Virus record (IMG/VR): IMGVR_UViG_3300035140_000023 | Location: 1-49,262 of that record | Reading direction: 5' to 3' (one strand) | DNA: 49,262 nt | Source of the DNA: a virus | Taxonomy: Duplodnaviria > Caudoviricetes | In this document: piece by piece, positions 7,473 through 15,872 of the stretch | Layout of the letters: each line of letters begins with the position of its first letter | Numbering within the stretch: position 1 is the stretch's first letter | Program-made: the position numbers and the translations under genes | The notes under the pieces: generated by a model | Seen by the model: the letters and a program-made list of their open reading frames with translations, nothing else | Database searches by the model: none | Told to the model about the DNA's origin: nothing

Positions 7473-9484
7473 CGATTCGTTGCTCGATCCGTACCGACTG
7501 GGCATTGCCCGCAGGCAATACAGCGGACACCTACAATGCCACAAAGGACACGCTGGCGCAGACCTCGCACAAAGGGTGGCAGGTGGCGGTGTATGAAACG
7601 CCCATCGGCTTAATCCAGGCCAACCCGCCGGGGTATTGCGTGGGGGTGTTCACCGACAACCACCGCAAAAACAAGCATCTGTTGAGTGCGCAGTACATCG
7701 GGGTAGATTTTGACGATTGTGATGAACAGGCGATTATGACCCATCCCGTTATCACCCGCTATGCGCTGGCAGTGGGGCATACACCCAGTCACGGGCAGCC
7801 CTGGCGAACCGGGGCGCGGTTGCGGGTGCTGTTTGTTCTGGACAATCCCATTCAGCAGACCGGCGAACCGGATGAGAAACCCGTTGCCGACCGTTACAAG
7901 TTGGCGGTTCAGGCGCTGATGACGCAATTGCCGCCGGGATACGATAAACAGTGTTCGGATGGGGCGCGGTTCTATTTCGGATGTAAGGACTGGGTTGTCA
8001 TCAGCGAAACCAACGTTCTGCCGTTGACGGTGTTACGGGATTGGCACAAACAGGAAGCCGCCCGCGTGGAGAACGAACGCGCCGACGCACCCGCAACTAT
8101 TCTCAACTTGGGTCAGATTACGGCGTATGTGGAAAAGGCGCGCCAGGATGAACTGGCTTTGTTACACGCGCAATCACCGGGCAACCGCAATAACCAGTTA
8201 TTCCTCTCGGCGTGCAACCTGTATGGGTTGGTCAAAGCCGGGGCGCTCATCAAGGCAACCACCGATTACGAATTGACCAGCATTGCCCAGTCCATCGGGT
8301 TACAGCAGACTGCGATTGCTGCTACCTTGCGCAGTGCCTGGGATACGGCTACGCCGCGCGATTTGTCGAATCTGAACACACCTCCTGATCCGCCAGCATC
8401 GGCCAACCTGGACACCGCGCCGGATACGGTGCCGCCCGCGCCGCCCATCCCGCCGCAGGTTATCGCCAAAAAGAAGCCGTCCTTTGTGTTTAGTGACGAT
8501 GCCTGCGATCAGTTGATGGATGAATTGAACGGTGAGAAGATACCGCAAGTAACGCCGCTTATCAATCCCTATAACTTTCTGCACAAGTTCGGGGGCTTTG
8601 CTTATATTATGGTTCCCGGTAAGGTGATGTATGCAGCGTCCTATCCGGGTGGATCAAAGACCATTGGTGCAGAAACGGGCTGGACAGCCTATCAACGGCA
8701 AGGGATTAACAGTGTTATTTATAGTCCCGAGTGGATTGATAAAAACAGTCAAGCGCAAGAGATGACATCCCGCGCCGTGCAACGCAAGGGGGGACCAGAC
8801 TTTCAAGCTCAAATGCTCCACAAGCTCTATCTAGTTGAAAAAGCCAATGGCGTAATCAATGGGGCAGGGCGCAAGCTGAGCCAGGACGCATTAAATAAGG
8901 CGATTGTCTCTGCTATTGAATTAAAACAAATGCCGGGAAAATTGTTTTACCTGGATACACCGGGATTGTCGGTGGAAAAGTTATGTGATGAGGTGCGATT
9001 AACTTGTGATGTGGCAGTGGAAATGGGCTATCCTATTCAAGCGGCATGGTTCGATTTTGCGCAGCTTCTTTGGTTAGATACCGCGACAACTAGCGGACGT
9101 ATCTGGATTGAAACGGCAATAGGATTAATAAAAACGGTTTGCCGAGAGAAGAACTTAGTCGGTTTTGTTACCTCGCAAATGCGGAAAGGGGATGCCCAAA
9201 GTGCAAAAGATGGCGACCGATTGGAATCCGATCAAATGCAATTCCTGTCTGACCAGCAAGCCAATCTCGTTTTAATGTTTGTTCCTAACATTGTGGATGA
9301 TCGAGAAGTTCTTGATAGTAATGGCAATCCGCGTCTCCGGGCGCGAATTGTCAAGGATAGTCTGCGGGGGCCGTCATCAGAATTTTTCATCTCGTGGGAC
9401 CCCAAGCGGTTGACCTGGCTGGATTCCAAAAGCAGTACGGCACACGAGATGCCACGTATTCATCGTTCGAATGTGGGAGGGTAA
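7469..9484 (+). CDS. Primase-helicase fusion (AEP-type primase, PriCT, SF4-like helicase)
   Basis: GVDFDD, HTPSH, RLRVLF primase motifs; GNRNNQLF PriCT; ASYPGGSKT Walker A-like, WFDFAQLL Walker B, TSQMRK. Confidence 0.75.
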   Translation: MTIRCSIRTDWALPAGNTADTYNATKDTLAQTSHKGWQVAVYETPIGLIQANPPGYCVGVFTDNHRKNKHLLSAQYIGVDFDDCDEQAIMTHPVITRYALAVGHTPSHGQPWRTGARLRVLFVLDNPIQQTGEPDEKPVADRYKLAVQALMTQLPPGYDKQCSDGARFYFGCKDWVVISETNVLPLTVLRDWHKQEAARVENERADAPATILNLGQITAYVEKARQDELALLHAQSPGNRNNQLFLSACNLYGLVKAGALIKATTDYELTSIAQSIGLQQTAIAATLRSAWDTATPRDLSNLNTPPDPPASANLDTAPDTVPPAPPIPPQVIAKKKPSFVFSDDACDQLMDELNGEKIPQVTPLINPYNFLHKFGGFAYIMVPGKVMYAASYPGGSKTIGAETGWTAYQRQGINSVIYSPEWIDKNSQAQEMTSRAVQRKGGPDFQAQMLHKLYLVEKANGVINGAGRKLSQDALNKAIVSAIELKQMPGKLFYLDTPGLSVEKLCDEVRLTCDVAVEMGYPIQAAWFDFAQLLWLDTATTSGRIWIETAIGLIKTVCREKNLVGFVTSQMRKGDAQSAKDGDRLESDQMQFLSDQQANLVLMFVPNIVDDREVLDSNGNPRLRARIVKDSLRGPSSEFFISWDPKRLTWLDSKSSTAHEMPRIHRSNVGG

Positions 9485-9486
9485 CC

Positions 9487-9693
9487 ATGAACAACACCCG
9501 CTTTGCGCCGCCCATCATCACCGCGTTACTGAGCCACCAGGAAGTGGAACGTTTTATCGTTGACGGCACGGTGCTAACGGTTTGGGAAGATGAGGTAATG
9601 GACATACTAGACCAACGGTGGTTGCTGGTGGTGTGCGAACACAACGGCCAGCGGGAAGTCACTAGTTGGACATTTCTGGAGCGAAACGCATGA
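9487..9693 (+). CDS. Hypothetical protein
   Basis: GGAGG RBS, start MNNTRF. Confidence 0.65.
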   Translation: MNNTRFAPPIITALLSHQEVERFIVDGTVLTVWEDEVMDILDQRWLLVVCEHNGQREVTSWTFLERNA

Positions 9694-9788
9694 CGATGGG
9701 CGCGGCGGTATTTTACGGGTTGTGTATCGGGGCGGTAATCGTGCTGCTGGTGTTGGCGTGGGCGTTACGGGAGAGTGACCATGTGTGA
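9690..9788 (+). CDS. Small single-TM protein (32 aa)
   Basis: MTMGAAVFYGLCIGAVIVLLVLAWALRE; ATGA overlap. Confidence 0.5.
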   Translation: MTMGAAVFYGLCIGAVIVLLVLAWALRESDHV

Positions 9789-10020
9789 GCAGTGGAGCGA
9801 CCACGATTTTACTGTCGAAGGTGGCAAAACCGCCATTACCCAGGACGGCGCGGGCTACCGCTGCTATGCGCTGCGGCTGCGCTGTGCGGTGTGCGGCTAC
9901 GAAACCACCGACTACCACTTTCGCAAGCTGGCGGCGCACGAGATGGAAGCCCGCCCGAATCGGGGGCGACCGCGCAAGACGCTGGCGGCGTATTTGCGAG
10001 AAAGGGAACCACGATGTTGA
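9781..10020 (+). CDS. Zn-ribbon protein with AT-hook-like motif
   Basis: CxxC (CAVC), N-terminal C..H, 'RGRPRK'. Confidence 0.55.
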   Translation: MCEQWSDHDFTVEGGKTAITQDGAGYRCYALRLRCAVCGYETTDYHFRKLAAHEMEARPNRGRPRKTLAAYLREREPRC

Positions 10021-10081
10021 GCTTACCGGTGGTTAGAATGCCGAAACATTTACAACTTGACACGCACACCGGGCGAAAGTA

Positions 10082-10190
10082 TGGTATACTATGGATAGTG
10101 AGCAGGCGACGGCCTGGGGTGGTTTCCTTACCTTCCACCCGTACTCACTATCCTCTATCGAAGGTAAGGGATAGCGAAAAGGTAAGGAAC
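10082..10190 (+). ncRNA. Extended -10 promoter plus cloverleaf leader RNA with anti-SD loop
   Basis: TGgTATACT; stem 10093-102/10144-153 enclosing two hairpins; loop ttccttacctt complementary to aaggtaagg x2. Confidence 0.6.
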
Positions 10191-10191
10191 A

Positions 10192-10845
10192 ATGACTGAG
10201 CAACAAAACCCAACTTCAAACGAAACAACCGCATACGGCTACGGATGGAAGGCGCTTGATCCAACGGGCTGCACCTATTACGATGGGCAGGAATACGCCT
10301 ACATTCTGCCGCGACCGGGTGAAAAATGGGGGCCGGTGAATGTGCATCCTGAACCAGCACAATCGGATGGACAGGATTGCGGAGTGGGGCGCTTTCACGT
10401 GCATAATCGCCCGACCTATTTATACGGGCCGCCCGCGTGTTGGCTGTGGTATGTGCGCTACCCCTTGTCTGCTGTTGTAGGGCAATCGGACGAAAAAACC
10501 GGTGTAACACAATTGCAACTGCGGCGGGTATCGCGTAAAGCATTTAACCGAATGATTCGCTTGGGATGGTTGGCAGGGGCGAACTTGCGGGAGGCGAACT
10601 TGCGGGAGGCGAACTTGCGCGGGGCGAACTTGCGGGAGGCGGACTTGCGCGGGGTGAACTTGTGGGAGGCGAACTTGGAGGGGGCGAACTTGCGGGAGGC
10701 GGACTTGTGGGGGGCGGACTTGCGGGAGGCGAACTTGCGCGGGGCGAACTTGTGGGGGGTAAATAATTTGGATAGAGCTTATGGGGTTAGTTCGGATATT
10801 TTGACCGCATGGAAGGCGGCAGAAAATGAACACCAAATATTCTAA
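10192..10845 (+). CDS. Pentapeptide-repeat protein
   Basis: 12 A(N/D)LxX repeats after an N-terminal 'GWKAL...Y...G...C..G.FH' phage domain. Confidence 0.9.
   Translation: MTEQQNPTSNETTAYGYGWKALDPTGCTYYDGQEYAYILPRPGEKWGPVNVHPEPAQSDGQDCGVGRFHVHNRPTYLYGPPACWLWYVRYPLSAVVGQSDEKTGVTQLQLRRVSRKAFNRMIRLGWLAGANLREANLREANLRGANLREADLRGVNLWEANLEGANLREADLWGADLREANLRGANLWGVNNLDRAYGVSSDILTAWKAAENEHQIF
10579..10758 (+). repeat. 12 x 15-bp coding tandem repeat
   Basis: gcgaacttgcgggag variants. Confidence 0.95.
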
Positions 10846-11416
10846 ATTAGTGAGGAGAAAAAATCATGCAACAGTGGGTTATCGAAAAATGCAACGACGA
10901 AGGACGGCAATTGGTCTGGCAGACGTACAGCAACATCTTGTGCGGAAAAAAGCGCGGCGAAATGCAATTCCGCGACCAGAGCGCCACCTATCACCAACGC
11001 CTCGCACAGGATACCGACGATCTGAGCGGCGTGCCGGGGGTGAAGTTGGGGCAATTGATTCGCCCTCAGGTGATGTCCAACCGGTAGACAATACGGCGCT
11101 CTTTATCGAAGTCATCAAACAAGCGGAAGCCGTTGCCGTGATTGGTGTTGGTACGTGTCAATACAATCTGGACACCGACCGCTTAGAACCGCTACCGGGT
11201 GATGCGAAACCGGTAGACTTTCGGGCCTATCTGGAAAAGGCGTTTCAGTACAGCAAGCGACAGGTGCATCCCGGTGATTGTGTGCAGGTGATTCGGTGGG
11301 GGTGTGGGCGTGTCGAAAGTATCGAGGGCGGGCGCGTGAAAGTCCGCAATACGGAGTTTGGCGCAACGGGGGCGGTGATTTACGCCCCCTATGCCCGGTG
11401 CAAGAAGTTGGGATAA
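10826..11416 (+). CDS. Hypothetical protein (basic N-terminus, C-terminal SH3/KOW-like barrel)
   Basis: 196 aa; '[25 protein letters not shown]'. Confidence 0.55.
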   Translation: MNTKYSKLVRRKNHATVGYRKMQRRRTAIGLADVQQHLVRKKARRNAIPRPERHLSPTPRTGYRRSERRAGGEVGAIDSPSGDVQPVDNTALFIEVIKQAEAVAVIGVGTCQYNLDTDRLEPLPGDAKPVDFRAYLEKAFQYSKRQVHPGDCVQVIRWGCGRVESIEGGRVKVRNTEFGATGAVIYAPYARCKKLG

Positions 11417-11438
11417 ATTTGGGATAACGGAGACTATC

Positions 11439-11621
11439 ATGTTTCGTAATGCGTTTGTTTTGGGGATGGTTACGGCATTTGCAATATGTCATTTTTCGGC
11501 GTTAGTATTTCCGATTCCACCGAACGCGCTTTATCATGCCCTGGCTGCATTGCTCTTTTCGATTTTAGGGGTGGGGCTGTGGTTTAAGTGGTTCTACACC
11601 TCCATAGGTCAGGGTAAGTAG
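11439..11621 (+). CDS. Two-TM membrane protein
   Basis: GGAG RBS; two hydrophobic helices. Confidence 0.6.
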   Translation: MFRNAFVLGMVTAFAICHFSALVFPIPPNALYHALAALLFSILGVGLWFKWFYTSIGQGK

Positions 11622-11631
11622 GGATAAATGC

Positions 11632-12183
11632 ATGGACTATGAATCGCTGGTCACATTGGGGCAGGCGGCGGCAGAGGTGCATAATAGCAGCGTGTGGGCA
11701 TTGGGGACGTATGCCCGCGAAGCGCAAGCGTTAGGCTACACCCTCAACGAATACGGCGCGGCGGTGGGCAAGTCCGGCAGTCAGTTGTCGGAATACGCCT
11801 GCATGGTGGAATATTATCAGGTGGATCGCCATCTGAATGCGGCATTGAATGAGCGCATTTGGGAATTGAAACAAACACACCTGTGCTACACCCTGTTCCG
11901 TGATGCCAAAAAACTTGGAGTCGTGTATCAATCGGTGTGTTTTTTGGAACGCTGTCTGAGTGAAGGATGGTCGGTGGACAAGGCGCGGGCGGTGTTGGCG
12001 GACATCAAAGCGGGCAAACCGGTCATTGAAATGTGGACTGCCTGGGAAGGCATTGACCTGGATAGTCTGAGCGCCCGTGACATCGCTTCCCATGTTGAAC
12101 AGCATATTCGTGCCTTGCGACAAGCGGGGCATCAGGTACGGATTAAAGTCTATGGCGTAGGGGAACGGGTGACGGCAACATGA
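11632..12183 (+). CDS. Hypothetical helical protein, possibly DNA-binding
   Basis: 183 aa; HTH-like 'TLNEYGAAVGKSGSQLSEY'. Confidence 0.65.
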   Translation: MDYESLVTLGQAAAEVHNSSVWALGTYAREAQALGYTLNEYGAAVGKSGSQLSEYACMVEYYQVDRHLNAALNERIWELKQTHLCYTLFRDAKKLGVVYQSVCFLERCLSEGWSVDKARAVLADIKAGKPVIEMWTAWEGIDLDSLSARDIASHVEQHIRALRQAGHQVRIKVYGVGERVTAT

Positions 12184-12494
12184 AAACACAGGATTTTGAT
12201 GGTGAAATTTTAGCAATGGCAGTCGATCACTTTCATGATGCATTACGCAATCGCATGGCATTAATTCAACAAATTGAACGCGACCTGGAATCGCAGTCTG
12301 CCAGATTATTTACTGTTCCTGATATAGATACACAGGCGATTGACAATGCAACTTACAGCATTGAAAAGGCTTTCCGGCAAGTTTGCATTGCGGCGCGGTG
12401 GTCGCCTTTTGAAGTGAATACTAAGCGTGAGGCGGCGATGGGCAAAATACTCCAGGAGTTAAAAACGATGGAGTGGGGCAAATTGGAAGAGTGA
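12180..12494 (+). CDS. Hypothetical protein
   Basis: ATGA overlap. Confidence 0.65.
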   Translation: MKTQDFDGEILAMAVDHFHDALRNRMALIQQIERDLESQSARLFTVPDIDTQAIDNATYSIEKAFRQVCIAARWSPFEVNTKREAAMGKILQELKTMEWGKLEE

Positions 12495-12498
12495 TAGC

Positions 12499-12936
12499 AT
12501 GACCGATATTAGCCAGTATATAGACGTGGAACAATTGCAGGCGCTGCGTCAGAAACCCACCCGCGCCCCTCGCCAGCAGCAACGGGTTGTGTGGCTGGAT
12601 GGATACAAGTTTAATCTCACCGAGGCGCACCGCTACAACGAATTGAAAACCGAAGTTTACGCCGGGTTGATTGCCTTTCTGACGGTTCACCCGCCCCTGG
12701 TAATCCAGCGCAAAGGTCAAGACGCACACGGCAACGTCTTTAAGCGGCGGGTCTATACACCGGATTTTATTTATCGCAATACGGCGGATGGGCAGTGGGT
12801 TGCAGAGGAAGTCAAGGCCACCCGCTACACCAAAACCGGCAAGGCACGCCCGGTCACAAATGAAACGTTTGGCTATCGGTGGGACATGGCGCGGGCGCGG
12901 TATCGCAGAATTGCGTTTCGGATTATGCTAGGCTAG
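12499..12936 (+). CDS. DUF1064-like PD-(D/E)xK endonuclease
   Basis: 'LDGYKF...EAHRY..L...YTPDFIY...VAEEVKA'. Confidence 0.75.
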   Translation: MTDISQYIDVEQLQALRQKPTRAPRQQQRVVWLDGYKFNLTEAHRYNELKTEVYAGLIAFLTVHPPLVIQRKGQDAHGNVFKRRVYTPDFIYRNTADGQWVAEEVKATRYTKTGKARPVTNETFGYRWDMARARYRRIAFRIMLG

Positions 12937-12960
12937 GGAGGTAGAAAGGCTCTTCTCTAA

Positions 12961-13191
12961 ATGGTAAAATCAATTTGGTTATTCAAAGATCGCGTAACAA
13001 TTAATCTGGGGTTTTTCCCACAATGGGATATGTCTCAGATGCGATTGATCGATGGTCATTATAACCACTGGCGTTTGGGTGATCGCTGCTTAGATATGAC
13101 GCTTCGGATTTGGCGTTTTGATTTCAATGTATGTATTTGGAATATGCCATTTCAAAACGGGAGATACTATCCCGACGATTATGACGGTTGA
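12961..13191 (+). CDS. Hypothetical protein
   Basis: 76-aa ORF in operon context. Confidence 0.55.
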   Translation: MVKSIWLFKDRVTINLGFFPQWDMSQMRLIDGHYNHWRLGDRCLDMTLRIWRFDFNVCIWNMPFQNGRYYPDDYDG

Positions 13192-13218
13192 TAGAATGCG
13201 CGTCCTGTAAACACCCCC

Positions 13219-13244
13219 ACTCCGCCCCGGCGGAGTTGTGTTTT
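13219..13244 (+). terminator. Rho-independent terminator
   Basis: actccgc/gcggagt stem followed by tgtgtttt. Confidence 0.55.
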
Positions 13245-13255
13245 CTAACGCCGTA

Positions 13256-13322
13256 TGCTACACTACACAAAACGCAGGCGAAGCCGCCCTCTCTTCCCCC
13301 AGATTTGCCGGTTTCGTCTGCG
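13256..13322 (+). promoter_or_regulatory. Extended -10 promoter and 14-bp leader hairpin
   Basis: TGcTACACT; cgcaggcgaagccg/cggtttcgtctgcg stem with a pyrimidine loop. Confidence 0.5.
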
Positions 13323-13349
13323 GATGGCTGATGAGAATAAGGAGCGCTG

Positions 13350-13661
13350 ATGGCTGCCAGTCCCACCATGATTGCAGAAAAAGTAACATTAGATCGGGCC
13401 GCCCTACGCGGCAACTTGTTTCCCCGTGTAACCGAATTAGGAATAGGCTATATCGATAATATCATTCAGGCGATTGAATTATTGGGAATAGCGGAAACCC
13501 AGAAATACCTGCGTATTTGTGATGCCGAGCGAGAAGTCATCCATCGCATTGCCGCCGGGGAGCGTATCCATGGGCATAAAAAAATCACCATCATTGCGCG
13601 TCTGGCCTCCACCCCAACGCAGAAAGTTAGTCGGGAAGATGTGCTCAAAGTGTTAAGATAA
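13350..13661 (+). CDS. Hypothetical protein (possible late regulator)
   Basis: AAGGAG RBS; own promoter; directly before the late operon. Confidence 0.65.
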   Translation: MAASPTMIAEKVTLDRAALRGNLFPRVTELGIGYIDNIIQAIELLGIAETQKYLRICDAEREVIHRIAAGERIHGHKKITIIARLASTPTQKVSREDVLKVLR

Positions 13662-13682
13662 TATAAGAATATAACTTGATAG

Positions 13683-13712
13683 TTGACAAAGTATTTAGAA
13701 ACGTGCTATTAT
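13683..13712 (+). promoter_or_regulatory. Late-operon sigma70 promoter
   Basis: TTGACA-18 bp-TATTAT with TGn. Confidence 0.7.
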
Positions 13713-13781
13713 GCTAAACAGGTGTAGTAGATGAAATAGGTACTGCTGCACTGTAGAGTTTTTCTATTTCCTTTTCCAGCG

Positions 13782-13814
13782 AAGCGCCACTGCCAGCGGG
13801 GTGTGTGGCGTTTT
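13782..13814 (+). terminator. Terminator-like hairpin in the late leader
   Basis: aagcgccac/gtggcgttt stem followed by a T-rich tail. Confidence 0.45.
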
Positions 13815-13947
13815 GCGTTGTGTGGGCATCTATGGCGCGGGGGATGCATTCCCTTTCTTGTTCGTATGATCGTGATTCAGGAGGAAAAGCGGCTCCTGCG
13901 TCACATGCGACCCAAATTTTACCCGCGCCTAAACTTTCTGAGGATGT

Positions 13948-15243
13948 ATGGCTGACGTGATGCGAAAGACCCGCATTGCCGATTACACACCCGACCCGGA
14001 AAACGCCAATATCCATACCGAGCGCGGTACGCGGATGCTGGAGGACAGCATCGCGCAAGTTGGGTTAGGGCGCTCAATTGTGGTGGATAAAAACGGCGTT
14101 GTCATTGCCGGGAACGCCACGCAGGAACGCGCCATTGACCAGGGCTTTGAGAACGCCATCGAAGTCGAAACCGACGGTAACGAATTGGTGGTTGTGCGGC
14201 GCAACGATTTGGACTTGCTGAACGACCCGGAACATCGGGCGCGGTTGGCGAGTATCTTAGACAACCGGGTCAGCGAGGTCAGTCTCACGTGGTCGCCCGA
14301 AGTGTTGGACAGCTACCGCTTGCAGGGCGTGCCGCTGGATAAGGCGTGGACACCGGTGGAGTTGGCAGAAATTACCACGCCGGTATTTGAAGCCGACATT
14401 GACCTGGACGCAAAACCCAATCCGCGCCAGTTGCCGATTGATGTGATCTTTACTTATGATGCTTTATATGACCCTGCTATGACTATGGCTATCCGGGCGG
14501 GATGGTTGGCAGGAACCCAAAGCACACAAAAAGAAAGCGGCAAGCCGCATTCCTCTGTTATTCAGGCTGAGCGATGGAATTGGTTGTTTGATTTACAATT
14601 TATTGATAATGACTACTTCAATTATGACCATGAAAAGCATGTTGATTGTGTGCAAAAGTTTCACCCTAAATATTGCACGGTTATGGATGTCATGACTGAG
14701 GCGCAATGTCAAAAGGATAATATCACATATTACCCTTTGGAACATATACTAGACTGGGCGGAAGAGTTGCGGCAGTATGCCGAGCATGTCATTGTCATTC
14801 CGAAATACGATTGTCTGGACAAGATACCCGATTATTTTATGTTGGGGTATAGTGTACCGACTTCGCACGGCGGCACACCGTTAGACCCGGAACTCTTCAA
14901 AGGGCGGCGGGTGCATTTGCTGGGTGGTAGTTGGAAAAAGCAACTGGCGTATATGGCGGCATTGGGTGACGATGTTGTCAGTGTGGATAATAACTATATT
15001 CAAAAACAAGCTCAGTATGGTTCGTTTGTTTATCCTGATGGACAATCTGGAAATTTAAGTGAAGATTTAGAGATTAAACCTAATAATCCTATGTATGTCG
15101 CATTGGCTATTTCTCTTGGAAACATCGGAGCAAAAGTCAATGAATTGTACAGCGGGGGTATATCGCCGCCGTCTGATAATCAGGCTGTCGCAGTGACCAG
15201 CCTTAAAAAACAAGGAGCAGAAACATGGAGAACCACCGCTTAA
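13948..15243 (+). CDS. ParB-like N-domain fused to a DUF6610-like/TGT-like barrel; candidate DNA base-modification enzyme
   Basis: N-terminus 'PDPENANIH...LEDSIAQVGLGRSIVVDKNGVVIAGNA' (ParB/Srx); C-terminus 'FIDND', 'TVMD', 'VIVIPK', 'VHLLGG', 'VVSVD'. Confidence 0.6.
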   Translation: MADVMRKTRIADYTPDPENANIHTERGTRMLEDSIAQVGLGRSIVVDKNGVVIAGNATQERAIDQGFENAIEVETDGNELVVVRRNDLDLLNDPEHRARLASILDNRVSEVSLTWSPEVLDSYRLQGVPLDKAWTPVELAEITTPVFEADIDLDAKPNPRQLPIDVIFTYDALYDPAMTMAIRAGWLAGTQSTQKESGKPHSSVIQAERWNWLFDLQFIDNDYFNYDHEKHVDCVQKFHPKYCTVMDVMTEAQCQKDNITYYPLEHILDWAEELRQYAEHVIVIPKYDCLDKIPDYFMLGYSVPTSHGGTPLDPELFKGRRVHLLGGSWKKQLAYMAALGDDVVSVDNNYIQKQAQYGSFVYPDGQSGNLSEDLEIKPNNPMYVALAISLGNIGAKVNELYSGGISPPSDNQAVAVTSLKKQGAETWRTTA

Positions 15244-15857
15244 ATACCATCGTGATGGTTTGTGTGGCCTATGTTGCCGCGCAGATATTCGCCGACATTA
15301 CCAGTCTACGGATTGTGCTGTTTGCCGGGTTTAGCATGGATGCCGGGACACTTGTCTATCCGTTCACGTTCACCTTACGGGACGTGGTGCATAAGACCGC
15401 CGGGGTGTATGTCACCCGCCGGTTAATTCTTGCTGCTGCTGTCATCAACTTACTTATGGCAGGTCTGTTTTCGTTAGTGGCTTCGATGCAACCCGATTTA
15501 AGCGTGGGCGAACAGCTTGAATTTGGATTGGTCTTAGCTCCAGTCTGGCGGATTGTAATTGCATCCATCATTGCCGAAGTGACTGCCGAATGGATTGATA
15601 CCGAAGTGTACCAACTGTGGATACGCCGTGTTGGGTATAACAAACAATGGGGGCGCGTCTTTGCCAGTAATGCGGTCAGTGTACCACTGGATAGCTTGCT
15701 CTTCGTTCTGATTGCCTTCGCTGGTGTGATGCCCTGGGCAGTAGTGGGCAGCATCTTTGTGGCGAATGTTGTGGTCAAGGGCGTGGTCAGTGTGGTGTCG
15801 ATACCCGGTATTTATATGGTGAAAGACCAGAACGAGTTAACAAACACCACTTCATAG
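15225..15857 (+). CDS. yhhQ: Queuosine precursor (preQ0/preQ1) transporter, VUT family
   Basis: Six TM helices; 'GTLVYPFTFTLRDVVH..G', 'RIVIASIIA..TAEWIDTEVY', 'R...SNAVS..LDS..F..IAF' Vut_1 motifs. Confidence 0.88.
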   Translation: MENHRLNTIVMVCVAYVAAQIFADITSLRIVLFAGFSMDAGTLVYPFTFTLRDVVHKTAGVYVTRRLILAAAVINLLMAGLFSLVASMQPDLSVGEQLEFGLVLAPVWRIVIASIIAEVTAEWIDTEVYQLWIRRVGYNKQWGRVFASNAVSVPLDSLLFVLIAFAGVMPWAVVGSIFVANVVVKGVVSVVSIPGIYMVKDQNELTNTTS

Positions 15858-15872
15858 GAGTAACATCACCTC

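Noticed and set aside
10057-10062. TTGACA as the -35 for TATACT at 10085
   Set aside because: The 22-bp spacer is too long; an extended -10 is more plausible
10420-10836. Antisense (PQVRL)n and alternative-frame (GGELA)n ORFs
   Set aside because: Shadows of the pentapeptide repeat
10866-11087. Alternative-frame 73-aa ORF with GAGGAG RBS inside the 196-aa ORF
   Set aside because: Cannot decide from sequence alone; it could be real, but I kept the longer ORF that is coupled to the upstream gene
13948-14400. ParB as a plasmid partition system
   Set aside because: No ParA, and the domain is fused to an enzyme-like region at the terminase locus
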